Shown here one piece after another: positions 1-9,422 of a stretch of DNA of 64,000 nt. Origin of the DNA: an uncultured Acidimicrobiia bacterium. GTDB taxonomy: Bacteria; Actinomycetota; Acidimicrobiia; UBA2766. Position 1 is the stretch's first letter; each line of letters begins with the position of its first letter. A program made the translations under genes and the position numbers. The DNA lies in assembly GCA_964370965.1 (NCBI GenBank), contig CAYJLW010000010.1:4227-68226 (forward strand), given 5' to 3'. The notes under the pieces were generated by a model. That model ran no database searches. It worked only from the letters and a program-made list of their open reading frames with translations, and had not been told where the DNA came from.

Positions 1-231
1 GTCGAAGGCACCGGCGTGGACGAGACGGTCGAGGATGGACCGGCGCACCTGGGTGCGACGCACGAAGTCCTCCAGGGAGGTGAAAGGCCGCTCTGCCCGG
101 GCACACAGAATCGAGTCGATCTCGGCGGCACTGATGCCGGTGACATCCTGCAGGCCGACACGAATCCCCCACTTCGCGGGAGGGAGCTTGCCCCCTGGAA
201 CGAACATGTGTTCGAGTTTAGCCCGATCCTC
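1..231 (-). pseudogene. dnaE2: C-terminal fragment of DnaE-type polymerase (dnaE2/ImuC tail, HhH region); continues beyond window start
   Basis: Minus-strand frame reads EDRAKLEHMFVPGGKLPPAKWGIRVGLQDVTGISAAEIDSILCARAERPFTSLEDFVRRTQVRRSILDRLVHAGAFD. This matches the conserved DnaE motif that follows the fingers domain (E. coli DnaE: IVYGIGAIKGVGEGPIEAI...FDLCAR...LEKLIMSGAFD). An in-frame TGA at 232-234 sits immediately 5' of it. No RBS. Confidence 0.5.
200..215. promoter_or_regulatory. LexA/SOS-box-like palindrome ACGAAC-ATGT-GTTCGA
   Basis: Matches the actinobacterial SOS box TCGAAC-N4-GTTCGA at 11/12 positions with correct spacing. It lies 44 bp upstream of the DtxR-family start at 260, inside the dnaE2 fragment codons. 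Confidence 0.4.
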
Positions 232-240
232 TCAGGGGGG
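231..240. repeat. direct repeat CTCAGGGGGG (left junction copy)
   Basis: Near-identical to CTCAAGGGGGG at 1865-1875. Contains the TGA (232-234, minus strand) that precedes the dnaE2 C-terminal fragment frame. Confidence 0.5.
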
Positions 241-259
241 CTCTGATACGCTGCGACGC

Positions 260-931
260 ATGTCCGGACCGCGTCGACCGTCGATCGCCCGCGAGGACTA
301 CCTGCAGACCATCCTGCAACTCGACGAGGAGAACACCCCCGTCATCCAGGCCCGTCTCGTGGAGCGTCTCGGGCTCAGCCCCCCGTCGGTCTCCGAGGCC
401 ATCCGCAGCCTCGAAGACGACGGCCTTGTCACCGTGGCGGAACGCAAGCGCATCACCCTCACGGACAGCGGCCGCGTCCTGGCCGAGAAGATCGTCCGCC
501 GGCACCGGGTCGCCGAACGCATCCTCACAGACCTCCTCGGCCTCCCCTGGCACGAAGCGCATCTCGAGGCACACCAACTCGAGCACGGCCTCAGCGACCG
601 TGTCGTCGAGGCCGCGCTCGACGTCCTCGGACATCCCACGACCTGCCCGCACGGCAGCCCGATCCCCGGGAGCGCCTACGTCGCCGGCGCCGGGGTGACC
701 CTCGACACCGTGGCGACGGGTGAAGCGTTCCGCGTGGACATGGTGAGCGAAGAGGTCGAGCACAACCACGACATCCTCCAGTACCTGGGCGAGAACGGGT
801 TCGTCCCCGGCGTCGACGCCGAGGTGACGTCCGTGGCGCCCGACGGCACCCGCAGCGTCGTCGTCGCCGGCCAGACCATCGCCGTGGCCCCGGCCACGAG
901 CCGCCACGTCTTCGTCACGCCGCACCGATAG
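260..931 (+). CDS. DtxR/IdeR/MntR-family metal-dependent transcriptional regulator with C-terminal SH3-like (FeoA-type) domain
   Basis: N-terminal wHTH: IAREDYLQTILQLDEENTPVIQARLVERLGLSPPSVSEAIRSLEDDGLV. Metal-site motifs EAHQLEH and GHPTTCPHGSPIP. C-terminal SH3-like domain. ATG at 260 is the internal M that gives the ~223-aa size typical of the family. Confidence 0.8.
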   Translation: MSGPRRPSIAREDYLQTILQLDEENTPVIQARLVERLGLSPPSVSEAIRSLEDDGLVTVAERKRITLTDSGRVLAEKIVRRHRVAERILTDLLGLPWHEAHLEAHQLEHGLSDRVVEAALDVLGHPTTCPHGSPIPGSAYVAGAGVTLDTVATGEAFRVDMVSEEVEHNHDILQYLGENGFVPGVDAEVTSVAPDGTRSVVVAGQTIAVAPATSRHVFVTPHR

Positions 932-1138
932 ACCCACCGTCCTTCTCGGACTTCCGGGAGTCGGCAATCCGCCGCGTCAGGGCAGATCCCCCCACCAGCG
1001 CACGCGTCAGCCGGGCCGCCCAGCGGACGACGACCTGCCGCGTCAGGGCGGGTTCTGCCCGCCCGGCACTGCCCGGAGGCGGCACGCGGTCGAGCCGGGG
1101 GGTCCGTGGGGAGGAGTTGGCTCCCCCCCACGCTGGGG

Positions 1139-1780
1139 TCAGACTGCGCCGGTTACGGGGAGGCGGTGGGCGAGCATGGCCGTGAGGAGGTCTCCGAGAC
1201 CGGCGAGGAGTACGGAGTCGACGGCCGTCCAACGGTCCTCCGCCGACCTCTCGGCGATCACGATCCCACGCCCGGAGGACCCGATGGCCTGGTATGCGCC
1301 CGCCGAGCGGGCACGGCGGTGCAGCAGCCAACGACGTGTCGCCCGCGCCAGGCCTGTGAACGGCGTTGTGGCCCCGAGGAGCTTGCCTTCCGCGAGCGGC
1401 CCCGCTGCCTCGAGGAGCGGCAGCATCCCCACGGGGGCGGGAGCGCCGCGGCGCAACGACGGTGTCTCGTTGGTGCTCACGGCGAGCTCCACCGTGGGCA
1501 CGCCGCGGCGGGGGAGGATCACGGTGAGCTGGGACATCCGGGCGACGGCGAAATAGGGCGCCGCCGCTGCCCGCAGGATCTCGCTGTCGCGCCCACCGCG
1601 CTCGTGCGCCCGCCAGAGGGAATCGACAGAGACGCGCAGGGTGCGAACCGCCATGTCCGGCTGGACGCCGGCCCAACCCTCCGCCGGGGGCGCCGCCAGG
1701 TGCAGGTTGTTCTCGTAGCCGACCACGATGCGGTCGAGATCCGCCGCCGTCGGCGGTGCGATCCTGGCAAGCGTCTGCAT
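1139..1780 (-). CDS. hypothetical protein (213 aa), no family recognised
   Basis: ATG at 1780 is preceded by GGAAGGGGG 6 nt upstream. Composition looks coding. Lies inside the segment that interrupts dnaE2. Confidence 0.55.
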   Translation of the reverse strand: MQTLARIAPPTAADLDRIVVGYENNLHLAAPPAEGWAGVQPDMAVRTLRVSVDSLWRAHERGGRDSEILRAAAAPYFAVARMSQLTVILPRRGVPTVELAVSTNETPSLRRGAPAPVGMLPLLEAAGPLAEGKLLGATTPFTGLARATRRWLLHRRARSAGAYQAIGSSGRGIVIAERSAEDRWTAVDSVLLAGLGDLLTAMLAHRLPVTGAV

Positions 1781-1864
1781 CCGGTAGCCCCCTTCCGAGC
1801 ACGCGTCTCCTCCCCCATCGGCGGGGTTGTGGGACCGGTTGAGAGATCTCCCGGGAAGCGGATG

Positions 1865-1875
1865 CTCAAGGGGGG
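1865..1875. repeat. direct repeat CTCAAGGGGGG (right junction copy), followed by hairpin GGGGGAG-cgagct-CTCCCCC (1871-1890)
   Basis: Contains the stop codon (1866-1868) of the dnaE2 N-terminal body. Confidence 0.5.
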
Positions 1876-4424
1876 AGCGAGCTCTCCCCCTGATCGCGGA
1901 GCGGTTCCACGCGGTAGGCGGCATCGGAGACGTTGACGTCGAGAGGCAGGACCGCCACACCGCAGCGGCGGGCCTCGTGCACGAACAGCCGCCGCGGATA
2001 CATGCCGGGATCGTGGGTGAGGACACCGGCGAGGAACGCTGCAGGCTCGTGCGTCTTCAGCCAGGCCGACTGGTATGTGGTGACCGCGAACGCCGCCGCA
2101 TGCGCCTTGCAGAAGCCGAAGGAGGCGAAGGAGCGCACCTGGCCCCAGACCGCGGCGGCCTCCGCCGGGGCGATTCCCCGGGCAACCGCCCGGGCCTGAA
2201 GCCACTCGCCGATCTCGACGGTCTCGGGGTCGTCGGGGTCGCCGAGGCGACGGCGGACAGCGTCGGCTTCGGCCTCGCTCACCCCCCCGAGCGCGGCGAT
2301 CGTCCGGATCACCTGCTCGTGGTACACGATGACGCCATGGGTCTCTGACAGGATCGCATCGAGCAGCGGAGACGCGCACTCGACGGGTGCCCCGTGGTGG
2401 CGCTCCACAAACGGGTTCACCATGTCGCTCTTCACGGGCCCGGGCCGGAACAGGGAGATGTCCACGATGAGATGGGGGAACTCGGTGGGCTGGAACTTGC
2501 CCAGCAGCTCCCGCTGGCCGGGACTCTCGATCTGGAAGCAGCCCAGGGTCCGCCCGGAACGGATGAGCTCGAAGGTGGCAGGGTCGTCCCGGGGGACGGC
2601 GTCGACGTCGACCGTCTCGCCCCGCACCCGGGCGACCTCCTCCAGGGCGTGGGCGATCGCCGACTGCATGCGCACCCCGAGCACATCGAGCTTGACGAGA
2701 CCTAGTGCCTCGACGTCGTCCTTGTCGAACTGGGCCATGGGCAGACCTGACGGTGCCCGCTGCAGGGGGACGAGGTCGCGGAAGTCGTCCGGGCCGATGA
2801 GGACCCCGCTGGCGTGCATGGCCAGGTAGCGGGGGAACCCGTCGACCACGGCGCAGCGGGCGAAGAGATCCCGGACGTGGGGGGCGTCGAGGCGCACCCC
2901 CGCGAGCTCGGGCAGTGCCGCGACGGTCTCCTCGATCGCTCCCGCCGACCCGAAGAGCGGGAACTGGCGGGCGATGGTGTCGACCTCGACCTCGGGCAGA
3001 CCGAGGGCCCGACCCACCCCCCGGATCGCTCCCCGCACCCGGTAGGTGGCGACGGCGGCGACCATCGACGTGCGCTCGGCGCCGTAGCTCCGGGCGATCC
3101 ACGCCAGGATGTCGTCGCGGCGAGCGGACTCGACGTCGACGTCGACGTCGGGCAACTCGCTGCGATACTCGTTCAGGAAACGGGCGAAGCTGAGGTCGTG
3201 ATGCACGGGGTCGACGTCGGAGATCCCCAGCAAGTGGGTGACGAGGCTGCCGGCGGCCGAACCCCGACAGGCGCAGCGCACCCCCATGGCTTTGATGCCG
3301 GCGACGATCTCGGCGACGAGGAGGAAGTAGCCGCAGAAGCCGAGCCGGCGGATGACAGCCATCTCCCCGTCGAGACGGGCCCGCACCCCGGCACCGGCGC
3401 CGGGCATGCGCCGGGCGAGGCCTTCCTCACAGGCCTGCTCCAGCGCCACCGCCGGCGGGACGCCGCCACTGGTGCGCACGGGCGGAAGCCGGAACGGCCC
3501 CGTTGCCGGCGGCGGCCCCCCCCCGAGGCGATAGGGGGCATCGTGGCGGATGGTGGGAACGTAGCGGCACTGCTCGGCGAGCGTCAGGCTGGCGTCACAG
3601 ACCCACTCGGCACCGGCGAAGCGACGGCGCATCTCCTGCGGGGAGCACAACTCGCGGCGAGCTCCGCCCCGTCGGGCGGCCACGGCCGTGAGCGGTGCCA
3701 GTTCCCGCATGGCGAGGAGGAGGTCGTGCACCTCGGCGTCCTCCGGCTGGAGGTAGCAGGCGTCGTTGGTCGCCACGACCCGCACCCCGAGACGGCGACC
3801 GAGCGCGAGCACCCGGTCGACACGCGTGGCGCTGTCGGGAAGGAGATGGTGGTGCACCTCGAGGCTGTAGTTCTCCCAGCCGCAGACCTCGACGAAGCGG
3901 CGCACCGTGGCCGTCGCCCGTTCGACGTCGCGCAACCCGAGCCAGCGGCCCACCTCGCCCCGCTCACATCCGGACAGCACGAGAAGACCCTCGGCGTGGC
4001 GGCAGAACGCCTCCCAGGAAACCCCCAGCGAGGGGGCTCCGCCCCTCTCGTCGAGATGCATCTCGCTGAGGAGACGACAGAGGTTGGCGTAGCCGGTGGC
4101 GCTCTGCACGAGGAGGACCGTGTGGCATCCCCGCCGCAACTCGGGCGTGCTGCGGCGATCGGGGGGAAGGGAGGCGCCCTCGGCCTCGGCGGGGTCGGGC
4201 ACACCCGCCGGCGGGGCGATGGGCACCTCGGCGCCGAGTATCGGCCGCACCCCGGCGCCGTGGCAGGCCCGCAGGAACCGGACCATCCCCGCCAGACCGA
4301 GGTGGTCGGTGAGCGCCACCGCAGGCATACCCAGAGCGCCGGCCGCGCTCGCCAGAGCCTCGGGCCGGATGGCGCCGTAACGGAACGAGAAGGACGAGTG
4401 CACATGGAGATGGACGAACGACAT
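1866..4424 (-). pseudogene. dnaE2: error-prone DNA polymerase DnaE2 (ImuC), N-terminal 852 codons (PHP, palm and fingers); ORF ends prematurely at the insertion junction
   Basis: Starts MSFVHLHVHSSFSFRYGAIRPEALASAAGALGMPAVALTDH (PHP domain). Ends ...GVAVLPLDVNVSDAAYRVEPLRDQGESSLPP*. The HhH/OB tail is missing here but is found at 1-231. A LexA box lies 37 bp upstream. Confidence 0.75.
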
Positions 4425-4460
4425 GGCGAACACGAGTAGAGACGGGGAAGTTCTAGGGGC

Positions 4461-4476
4461 TCGAACACTTGTTCGA
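4461..4476. promoter_or_regulatory. LexA SOS box TCGAAC-ACTT-GTTCGA
   Basis: Perfect match to the Gram-positive/actinobacterial SOS-box consensus, 37 bp upstream of the dnaE2 ATG (4424). Confidence 0.8.
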
Positions 4477-4615
4477 GTGCAGACTGACACGCTAACGCCC
4501 CGGCCCCCCGCCGTCAAGAGGTCGCGCCAACAGCGTGAGGAAGCCCATGTCGTCGCCTCCCGCGGGCCGGGCGGAGACGAGAAGAGAGCGCGGGCGGGGC
4601 CTCGACGCGTCGGTC

Positions 4616-6076
4616 TCAGACGGGCGCGTAGGCCGTGTCCCACCAGGGCCGGTCACCGGCGAAGGGAGGTGTCCCGGTGTGCAGGGCCATGCCCCGGTAC
4701 CTGGCCCCGTAGCGACGCGCCAGCTCGGCGTGGGCGGCACGCAGCTCCGTCGCCTCGGCGGCGGTGACGTTGCGTTCGGGGTAGGTGATCACGCCGGCCT
4801 CGCTGACCACGAAGGGCAGGCCGGGCTTGTAGCGGTCCCATCGAGCCACCAACTCCTCCACACGGTTCACGATGTGGGACGCCTTCGGGGAGGGCTCGTT
4901 CATGTACGCGTGCAACTCCAGCGTCTCGACCTGGGGAGCGAGAGCGGCCACCCAGTCCTCGAAGACGAGGTTGCTCGCCACCTTGGAGCGGCCCCCGGTC
5001 TTGCGGGCGAGCACGTCCTTGACGATGCCGTAGAGCTCCGCCATCTTCGCCGTCCCGCCTGTCCAGTAGCCGTTGTCGAGGCCGTACGTGGACCAGTTGA
5101 CCCAGGGCGTGAGGTAGTTGGGCTGGGCGCCCCCGAGGGTGAAGCGCAGGTCCGGCTCGTTCCAGGGCGCCACCGAGATCTGCTCCGCCGGCACGTACAC
5201 GAGGGCGGCGTCGAGGAGGTCTTCGAGGAAGGGCCGGTAGGAGTCGCTCGGGTCCTTGAACCAGAGCCGCATGCTGTCAGCCGCCCAGGCGTCCTTGACG
5301 AGCCCGCCGTTCGGGCACCAGCCGAACAGGGGCGCCGCCGACGTCCCGGCCCAGCACTGCCCGTGCACAAAGAGAGTGATGACGAGTGGGGCGCCGATGT
5401 CACGGATCTTCCGGAAGAAGGGGGCGTAGGCGGACCAGTCGACACGGGCCCGGCCGTTGGGCATGTAGCGGTCGATCGACACGAGCCAGCGCACGACCCC
5501 CGGGCGGGCCGTGTCGAGCTTGGGGACCACAGACAGGTCGTGAGCGGGATCGGCGTTCATGTCGTATATCGCCCAGCCGGTGGGAGCGGTGTCCGGCCCC
5601 GAGGGCGGGGGGGGCGGGGGCGGGGGCGACGACATCGTGCCCGCCGCGACCGTGACCGTGGTCGAAGACGACACCGCCTCCCCGCGGTTGTCCGTGACGG
5701 TAAGGCTCACGGAGTATGCGCCCGGGACGTTGAAGAAGTGCGCCGCGGTGGCGCCCGACGCCATGGTGCCGTCGCCGAAGGCCCAGGCGTACGTGAGCAC
5801 GTACCCGTCCGGGTCCCGCGACCCGGAGGCGTCGAAGCGGACCTGCAGGGGGGCGATCCCGCTCGTGGCGGAAGCGGTGAACACCGCCGAGGGCTCCCGG
5901 TTGGGGCGACTCGTGGGCCGGGAGGCGAGGTGGGCCTCACCGGGAGCGGCGACGACGGTCATGCCGGCGGCGAAGACGGTCGCCACCACGGCCAGGGCCA
6001 CGAGGGCCCGGCCGGAGCGCCGGCGATGCGCGCGGCGCGCGAGGTGTCGGTCTGTGACGTAGGGGTGCGACGGCAT
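4616..6076 (-). CDS. secreted/anchored glycoside hydrolase-like protein: signal anchor - PKD domain - poly-Pro linker - catalytic domain with GH5-type NEP motif
   Basis: PKD-like: PLQVRFDASGSRDPDGYVLTYAWAFGDGT...YSVSLTVTDNRG. PPPPPPPP linker. ISVAPWNEPDL motif. N-terminal hydrophobic anchor. Confidence 0.6.
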   Translation of the reverse strand: MPSHPYVTDRHLARRAHRRRSGRALVALAVVATVFAAGMTVVAAPGEAHLASRPTSRPNREPSAVFTASATSGIAPLQVRFDASGSRDPDGYVLTYAWAFGDGTMASGATAAHFFNVPGAYSVSLTVTDNRGEAVSSSTTVTVAAGTMSSPPPPPPPPSGPDTAPTGWAIYDMNADPAHDLSVVPKLDTARPGVVRWLVSIDRYMPNGRARVDWSAYAPFFRKIRDIGAPLVITLFVHGQCWAGTSAAPLFGWCPNGGLVKDAWAADSMRLWFKDPSDSYRPFLEDLLDAALVYVPAEQISVAPWNEPDLRFTLGGAQPNYLTPWVNWSTYGLDNGYWTGGTAKMAELYGIVKDVLARKTGGRSKVASNLVFEDWVAALAPQVETLELHAYMNEPSPKASHIVNRVEELVARWDRYKPGLPFVVSEAGVITYPERNVTAAEATELRAAHAELARRYGARYRGMALHTGTPPFAGDRPWWDTAYAPV

Positions 6077-6186
6077 TTCCCCGTTCTTCGACCGTCACCG
6101 CCCCCGAACTTGATCAAGGGGGCCTCAACAGCAAGATAACCGAGCAGATCGGGCAAAACGGGCCAATCAGGACAGGATCCCGGCAC

Positions 6187-6543
6187 CTACACGACGATGC
6201 CCGCGCTGCCGTCGTCGCGCGTCACGCAAAAGCCTGCGGACTCCCATGCGAGCATGCCCCCCGTGACATTGACGGCTTCGGTGCCCGCCTCCAGGAGCAG
6301 GGCCGTGGCCTTCGCGGAACGCGCGCCCACCCGGCAGACGACGACGTACGCCGCGTCGCGAGCAAGCTCACCCCGGCGGCTCGTGAACTCGCTCAGGGGG
6401 AGATGCCGTGCCCCGGGGGCGTGCCCGGCGTCCCACTCGTGGCGCTCACGCACGTCGAGCAGCACATGGCCGACTCCGACGCGCTCCACGGCCTCGGCGA
6501 CGTCGACCTCCGGGACGGGTGGCCGCCCTCCTGGATCGACCAC
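6187..6543 (-). CDS. rhodanese-domain sulfurtransferase
   Basis: VLLDVRERHEWDAGHAPGARHLP...VVVCRVGARSAKA...GGMLAW. Start probably GTG near 6543, right after the acs stop. Confidence 0.7.
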   Translation of the reverse strand: MVDPGGRPPVPEVDVAEAVERVGVGHVLLDVRERHEWDAGHAPGARHLPLSEFTSRRGELARDAAYVVVCRVGARSAKATALLLEAGTEAVNVTGGMLAWESAGFCVTRDDGSAGIVV

Positions 6544-6550
6544 CGCCGTC

Positions 6551-8551
6551 TCAGTCCCCCTGGGCGCCGGAGCCGGCCCGGTCACGGATCTCGGTCACGA
6601 CGTCCACGTTGGCGAGCGTGGTGACGTCGCCCAGCTTGCGGTTCTCGGAGATGTCCCGCAGAAGGCGGCGCATGATCTTGCCCGAGCGGGTCTTCGGGAG
6701 GTCGTCGGTGAACACGATCGATTTCGGCTTCGCGATCGGGCCGATCTTCCCGGCAACGTGGCGGCGAAGCTCGTCGAGGAGAGCGCCGTCGCCCTCGACA
6801 CCCCCCCGCAGAGTGACGAAGGCGGCGATCGCCTGGCCGGTGTGGTCGTCAGCCCGGCCCACCACGGCCGCCTCGGCCACGGCGTGGTGATCGACGAGGG
6901 CGGACTCGACCTCGGTGGTGGAGATGCGGTGCCCCGAGACGTTCATGACGTCGTCGACGCGGCCCAAGAGCCAGAAGTAGCCCTCCTCGTCTCGCTTGGC
7001 GCCGTCGCCGGCGAAGTACATCCCCGGGAAGCGGCTCCAGTAGGTCTCCTGGTACCGCTCCGGGTCGCCGTAGATGCCGCGCAGCATCGCCGGCCACGGC
7101 TTCTTGAGAACGAGGTAGCCGCCGCCACCCAGAGGCACGGGCCTGCCCTCGTCGTCGACGACGTCGGCGTCCACACCCGGGAAGGGAAATGTCGCGGAGC
7201 CCGGCTTCAGCGTGGTGAGCCCCGGGAGGGGCGTGATCAGGATCATGCCCGTCTCGGTCTGCCACCAGGTGTCCACGACAGGCGTGCGCCCGCCCCCGAT
7301 CGTGTCCCGGTACCACGTCCAGGCCTCGGGGTTGATGGGCTCACCCACGGAACCGAGGAGCCGCAGGGACGAGAGGTCGTGGCGGCCCGGGAAGTCGTCG
7401 CCCCACCGCATGAACGTGCGGATCGCCGTGGGCGCGCAGTACAGGATGCTCACTTTGTAGCGCTCGATGACGTCCCACCAACGGTCCTTGTCCGGGTGGT
7501 CGGGGGTGCCCTCGTACATGACGCTCGTGGCGCCGTTCGCCAGCGGGCCGTAGACGATGTAGCTGTGGCCGGTCACCCATCCCACGTCCGCGGCGCACCA
7601 GAAGACGTCGTCGTCCTTCAGGTCGAAGATCATGCGGTGGGTGACGGCCGTACCCACCATGTAGCCCCCGGTCGTGTGCAGGATGCCCTTGGGCTTGGCG
7701 GTGGTCCCGGACGTGTAGAGGAGATACGCCATGTGCTCGCTGTCGAGAGGAACGGCCGGGCACTCCGGGCTCTGGCGCTCGACGACGTCGTGCCACCACA
7801 CGTCGCGCTCGTCGTCCCAGGCGACGTCCTGGCCGGTGCGGCGCACGACGAGGACCCGTTCGACGGTCTCGGTGGCCGAGACCGCCTCGTCGGCAGCGGG
7901 CTTCAGGCCCATGACCTGGCCCCGGCGCCAACCCCCGTCGGCGGTGACGAGAGCCTTGGCCCCGGAGTCGTGGATCCTGTCCGCGAGCGCCTCGGCGGAG
8001 AAGCCGCCGAAGACCACGGTGTGCGGGGCGCCGATCCGGGCACAGGCGAGCATGGCCACGACGATCTCGGGGATCATCGGCATGTAGATCGCCACCCGGT
8101 CACCCGTCGCGACACCGAGTTCCTTGAGGGCGTTGGCCGCCCGGCACACCTCGGCATGCAGTTCGGCATAGGTGATCGTGCGGGTGTCGCCGGGCTCACC
8201 CTCCCAGTGGTATGCGACCCGCTCGCCCAGACCCGCCTCGACGTGACGGTCGAGGCAGTTGTAGGCGAGGTTCGTCTTGCCCCCCACGAACCACTTAGCG
8301 AAAGGGATGTCCCACTCGAGCACGGCGTCCCAGGGTTCGAACCAGTGGAAGCCCTCCGCCTCGCGGCCCCAGAAGCCCTCGAGGTCCTCTCGCGCCTCCT
8401 CGTAGACGTCGCCGCCACGCACGTTGGCCTGCGCCGCGAACGCAGGGGGTGGCGGGAACCTACGCCCCTCCTCAAAGAGGTTCTCGATCGCCTCGTGGGC
8501 CTCGTCTGGCATCTGCTCCCCCTGAACCGGCGGCGGCGTCTTGGCGGGCAT
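6551..8551 (-). CDS. acs: acetyl-CoA synthetase (AMP-forming)
   Basis: Full-length Acs signatures: YTSGTTAKPKG, WWQTETG, SGHRISTTEVESAL, PKTRSGKIMRR. Confidence 0.9.
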   Translation of the reverse strand: MPAKTPPPVQGEQMPDEAHEAIENLFEEGRRFPPPPAFAAQANVRGGDVYEEAREDLEGFWGREAEGFHWFEPWDAVLEWDIPFAKWFVGGKTNLAYNCLDRHVEAGLGERVAYHWEGEPGDTRTITYAELHAEVCRAANALKELGVATGDRVAIYMPMIPEIVVAMLACARIGAPHTVVFGGFSAEALADRIHDSGAKALVTADGGWRRGQVMGLKPAADEAVSATETVERVLVVRRTGQDVAWDDERDVWWHDVVERQSPECPAVPLDSEHMAYLLYTSGTTAKPKGILHTTGGYMVGTAVTHRMIFDLKDDDVFWCAADVGWVTGHSYIVYGPLANGATSVMYEGTPDHPDKDRWWDVIERYKVSILYCAPTAIRTFMRWGDDFPGRHDLSSLRLLGSVGEPINPEAWTWYRDTIGGGRTPVVDTWWQTETGMILITPLPGLTTLKPGSATFPFPGVDADVVDDEGRPVPLGGGGYLVLKKPWPAMLRGIYGDPERYQETYWSRFPGMYFAGDGAKRDEEGYFWLLGRVDDVMNVSGHRISTTEVESALVDHHAVAEAAVVGRADDHTGQAIAAFVTLRGGVEGDGALLDELRRHVAGKIGPIAKPKSIVFTDDLPKTRSGKIMRRLLRDISENRKLGDVTTLANVDVVTEIRDRAGSGAQGD

Positions 8552-8577
8552 TCTCGCGCGTGGGGCATCATGGATGC

Positions 8578-8928
8578 GTGCCTGACGACCTCTCCGCCGC
8601 TCGTCCTGACCCCGGACCCGCCGCTTCCCCTCGCGAACGGCGCCATCCGCTGCCCCCCTCGCTGCGCGCCGGGGTGTTCGCGGGCGTCCTCGCCGGGGCC
8701 GTCCTGGGGTTCCTGATCGCCTACAGCGTGGCACGCCTCACCTGCGGCGTCCGCCTCTGCACAGGCCTGAAGCCTGTTCTGTGGGGACTGGGAGGCGCCG
8801 TCGTCGGCCTCCTGGGCACAGCAGTCGTCGCCGTCCTCGTGGCCCGCTCTTTCGGGGAGTGGTGGATGTTGCGCGAGGATCGCCGGGGGGCCGATCGTGA
8901 CGACCCGGCATCTCCGGGTGACGAATGA
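8578..8928 (+). CDS. small membrane protein (2 TM), hypothetical
   Basis: Hydrophobic helices AGVFAGVLAGAVLGFLIAY and WGLGGAVVGLLGTAVVAVLV. Stop overlaps the next ORF start (ATGA). Confidence 0.35.
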   Translation: MPDDLSAARPDPGPAASPRERRHPLPPSLRAGVFAGVLAGAVLGFLIAYSVARLTCGVRLCTGLKPVLWGLGGAVVGLLGTAVVAVLVARSFGEWWMLREDRRGADRDDPASPGDE

Positions 8929-9320
8929 ACCCCGACACGCCAGATCCCGCCGCCGCCGCCCGGGACGCGGGGACGCGCCCGGCGCCCACGGACGAGGCCG
9001 ATCTGCGCCGACAGGCACGGGCCTGGACCGAAGCCGTGCGCCGCGAACGCCGTGACCGGGCAGCCCGGATATCCCGCTTCGCCACCTTGTCCCTGCTCAC
9101 CGGCGCGGCCGTGCTGGGCGGGCTCCTCGTGGCATGGGTGCTCGGCCTCCTGCGCAGCGCCGACACGGCGTTCCTCGTCGCCATCCTCGCAGGGGGCACG
9201 TTCCTCGTGGGCGGATCCCTCTCCGGGATGCTGGCCTGGGCGGCCGCCACCTCCCTCGCCGACCCTCCTGACGACGAGGACGGCGACCGGCCGCCAGCCG
9301 CTGACCTGGACCCGGACTGA
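8925..9320 (+). CDS. small membrane protein (2 TM), hypothetical
   Basis: Translationally coupled to the previous ORF. Two TM helices followed by an acidic tail. Confidence 0.4.
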   Translation: MNPDTPDPAAAARDAGTRPAPTDEADLRRQARAWTEAVRRERRDRAARISRFATLSLLTGAAVLGGLLVAWVLGLLRSADTAFLVAILAGGTFLVGGSLSGMLAWAAATSLADPPDDEDGDRPPAADLDPD

Positions 9321-9422
9321 CCGCCGACGAGGTCGAGGAGTCCCGCGGCCAGGGCGATGCCGTGGCGTCGACGGCTGTACAGGGAGGCTGTGGATGTCGC
9401 TGCGGGTCTCTACACTTGGCTC

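Larger units (their letters stand above)
241..1864. mobile_element. ~1.6-kb inserted segment interrupting dnaE2; carries no recognisable transposase or integrase
   Basis: Flanked by 10/11-bp direct repeats. dnaE2 homology is present on both sides. Carries a DtxR-family gene on the opposite strand and a 213-aa ORF. Confidence 0.35.

Noticed and set aside
218-967. 249-aa minus-strand ORF antisense to the DtxR-family gene
   Set aside because: Gly/Asp/Arg-rich translation typical of the complementary frame of a high-GC gene. No RBS and no domain signature.
2814-4439. 541-aa plus-strand ORF
   Set aside because: Antisense to dnaE2. Composition typical of a GC-rich antisense frame.
6197-8716. 839-aa plus-strand ORF
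   Set aside because: Antisense to acs. Low-complexity Val/Gly/Arg/Asp translation.
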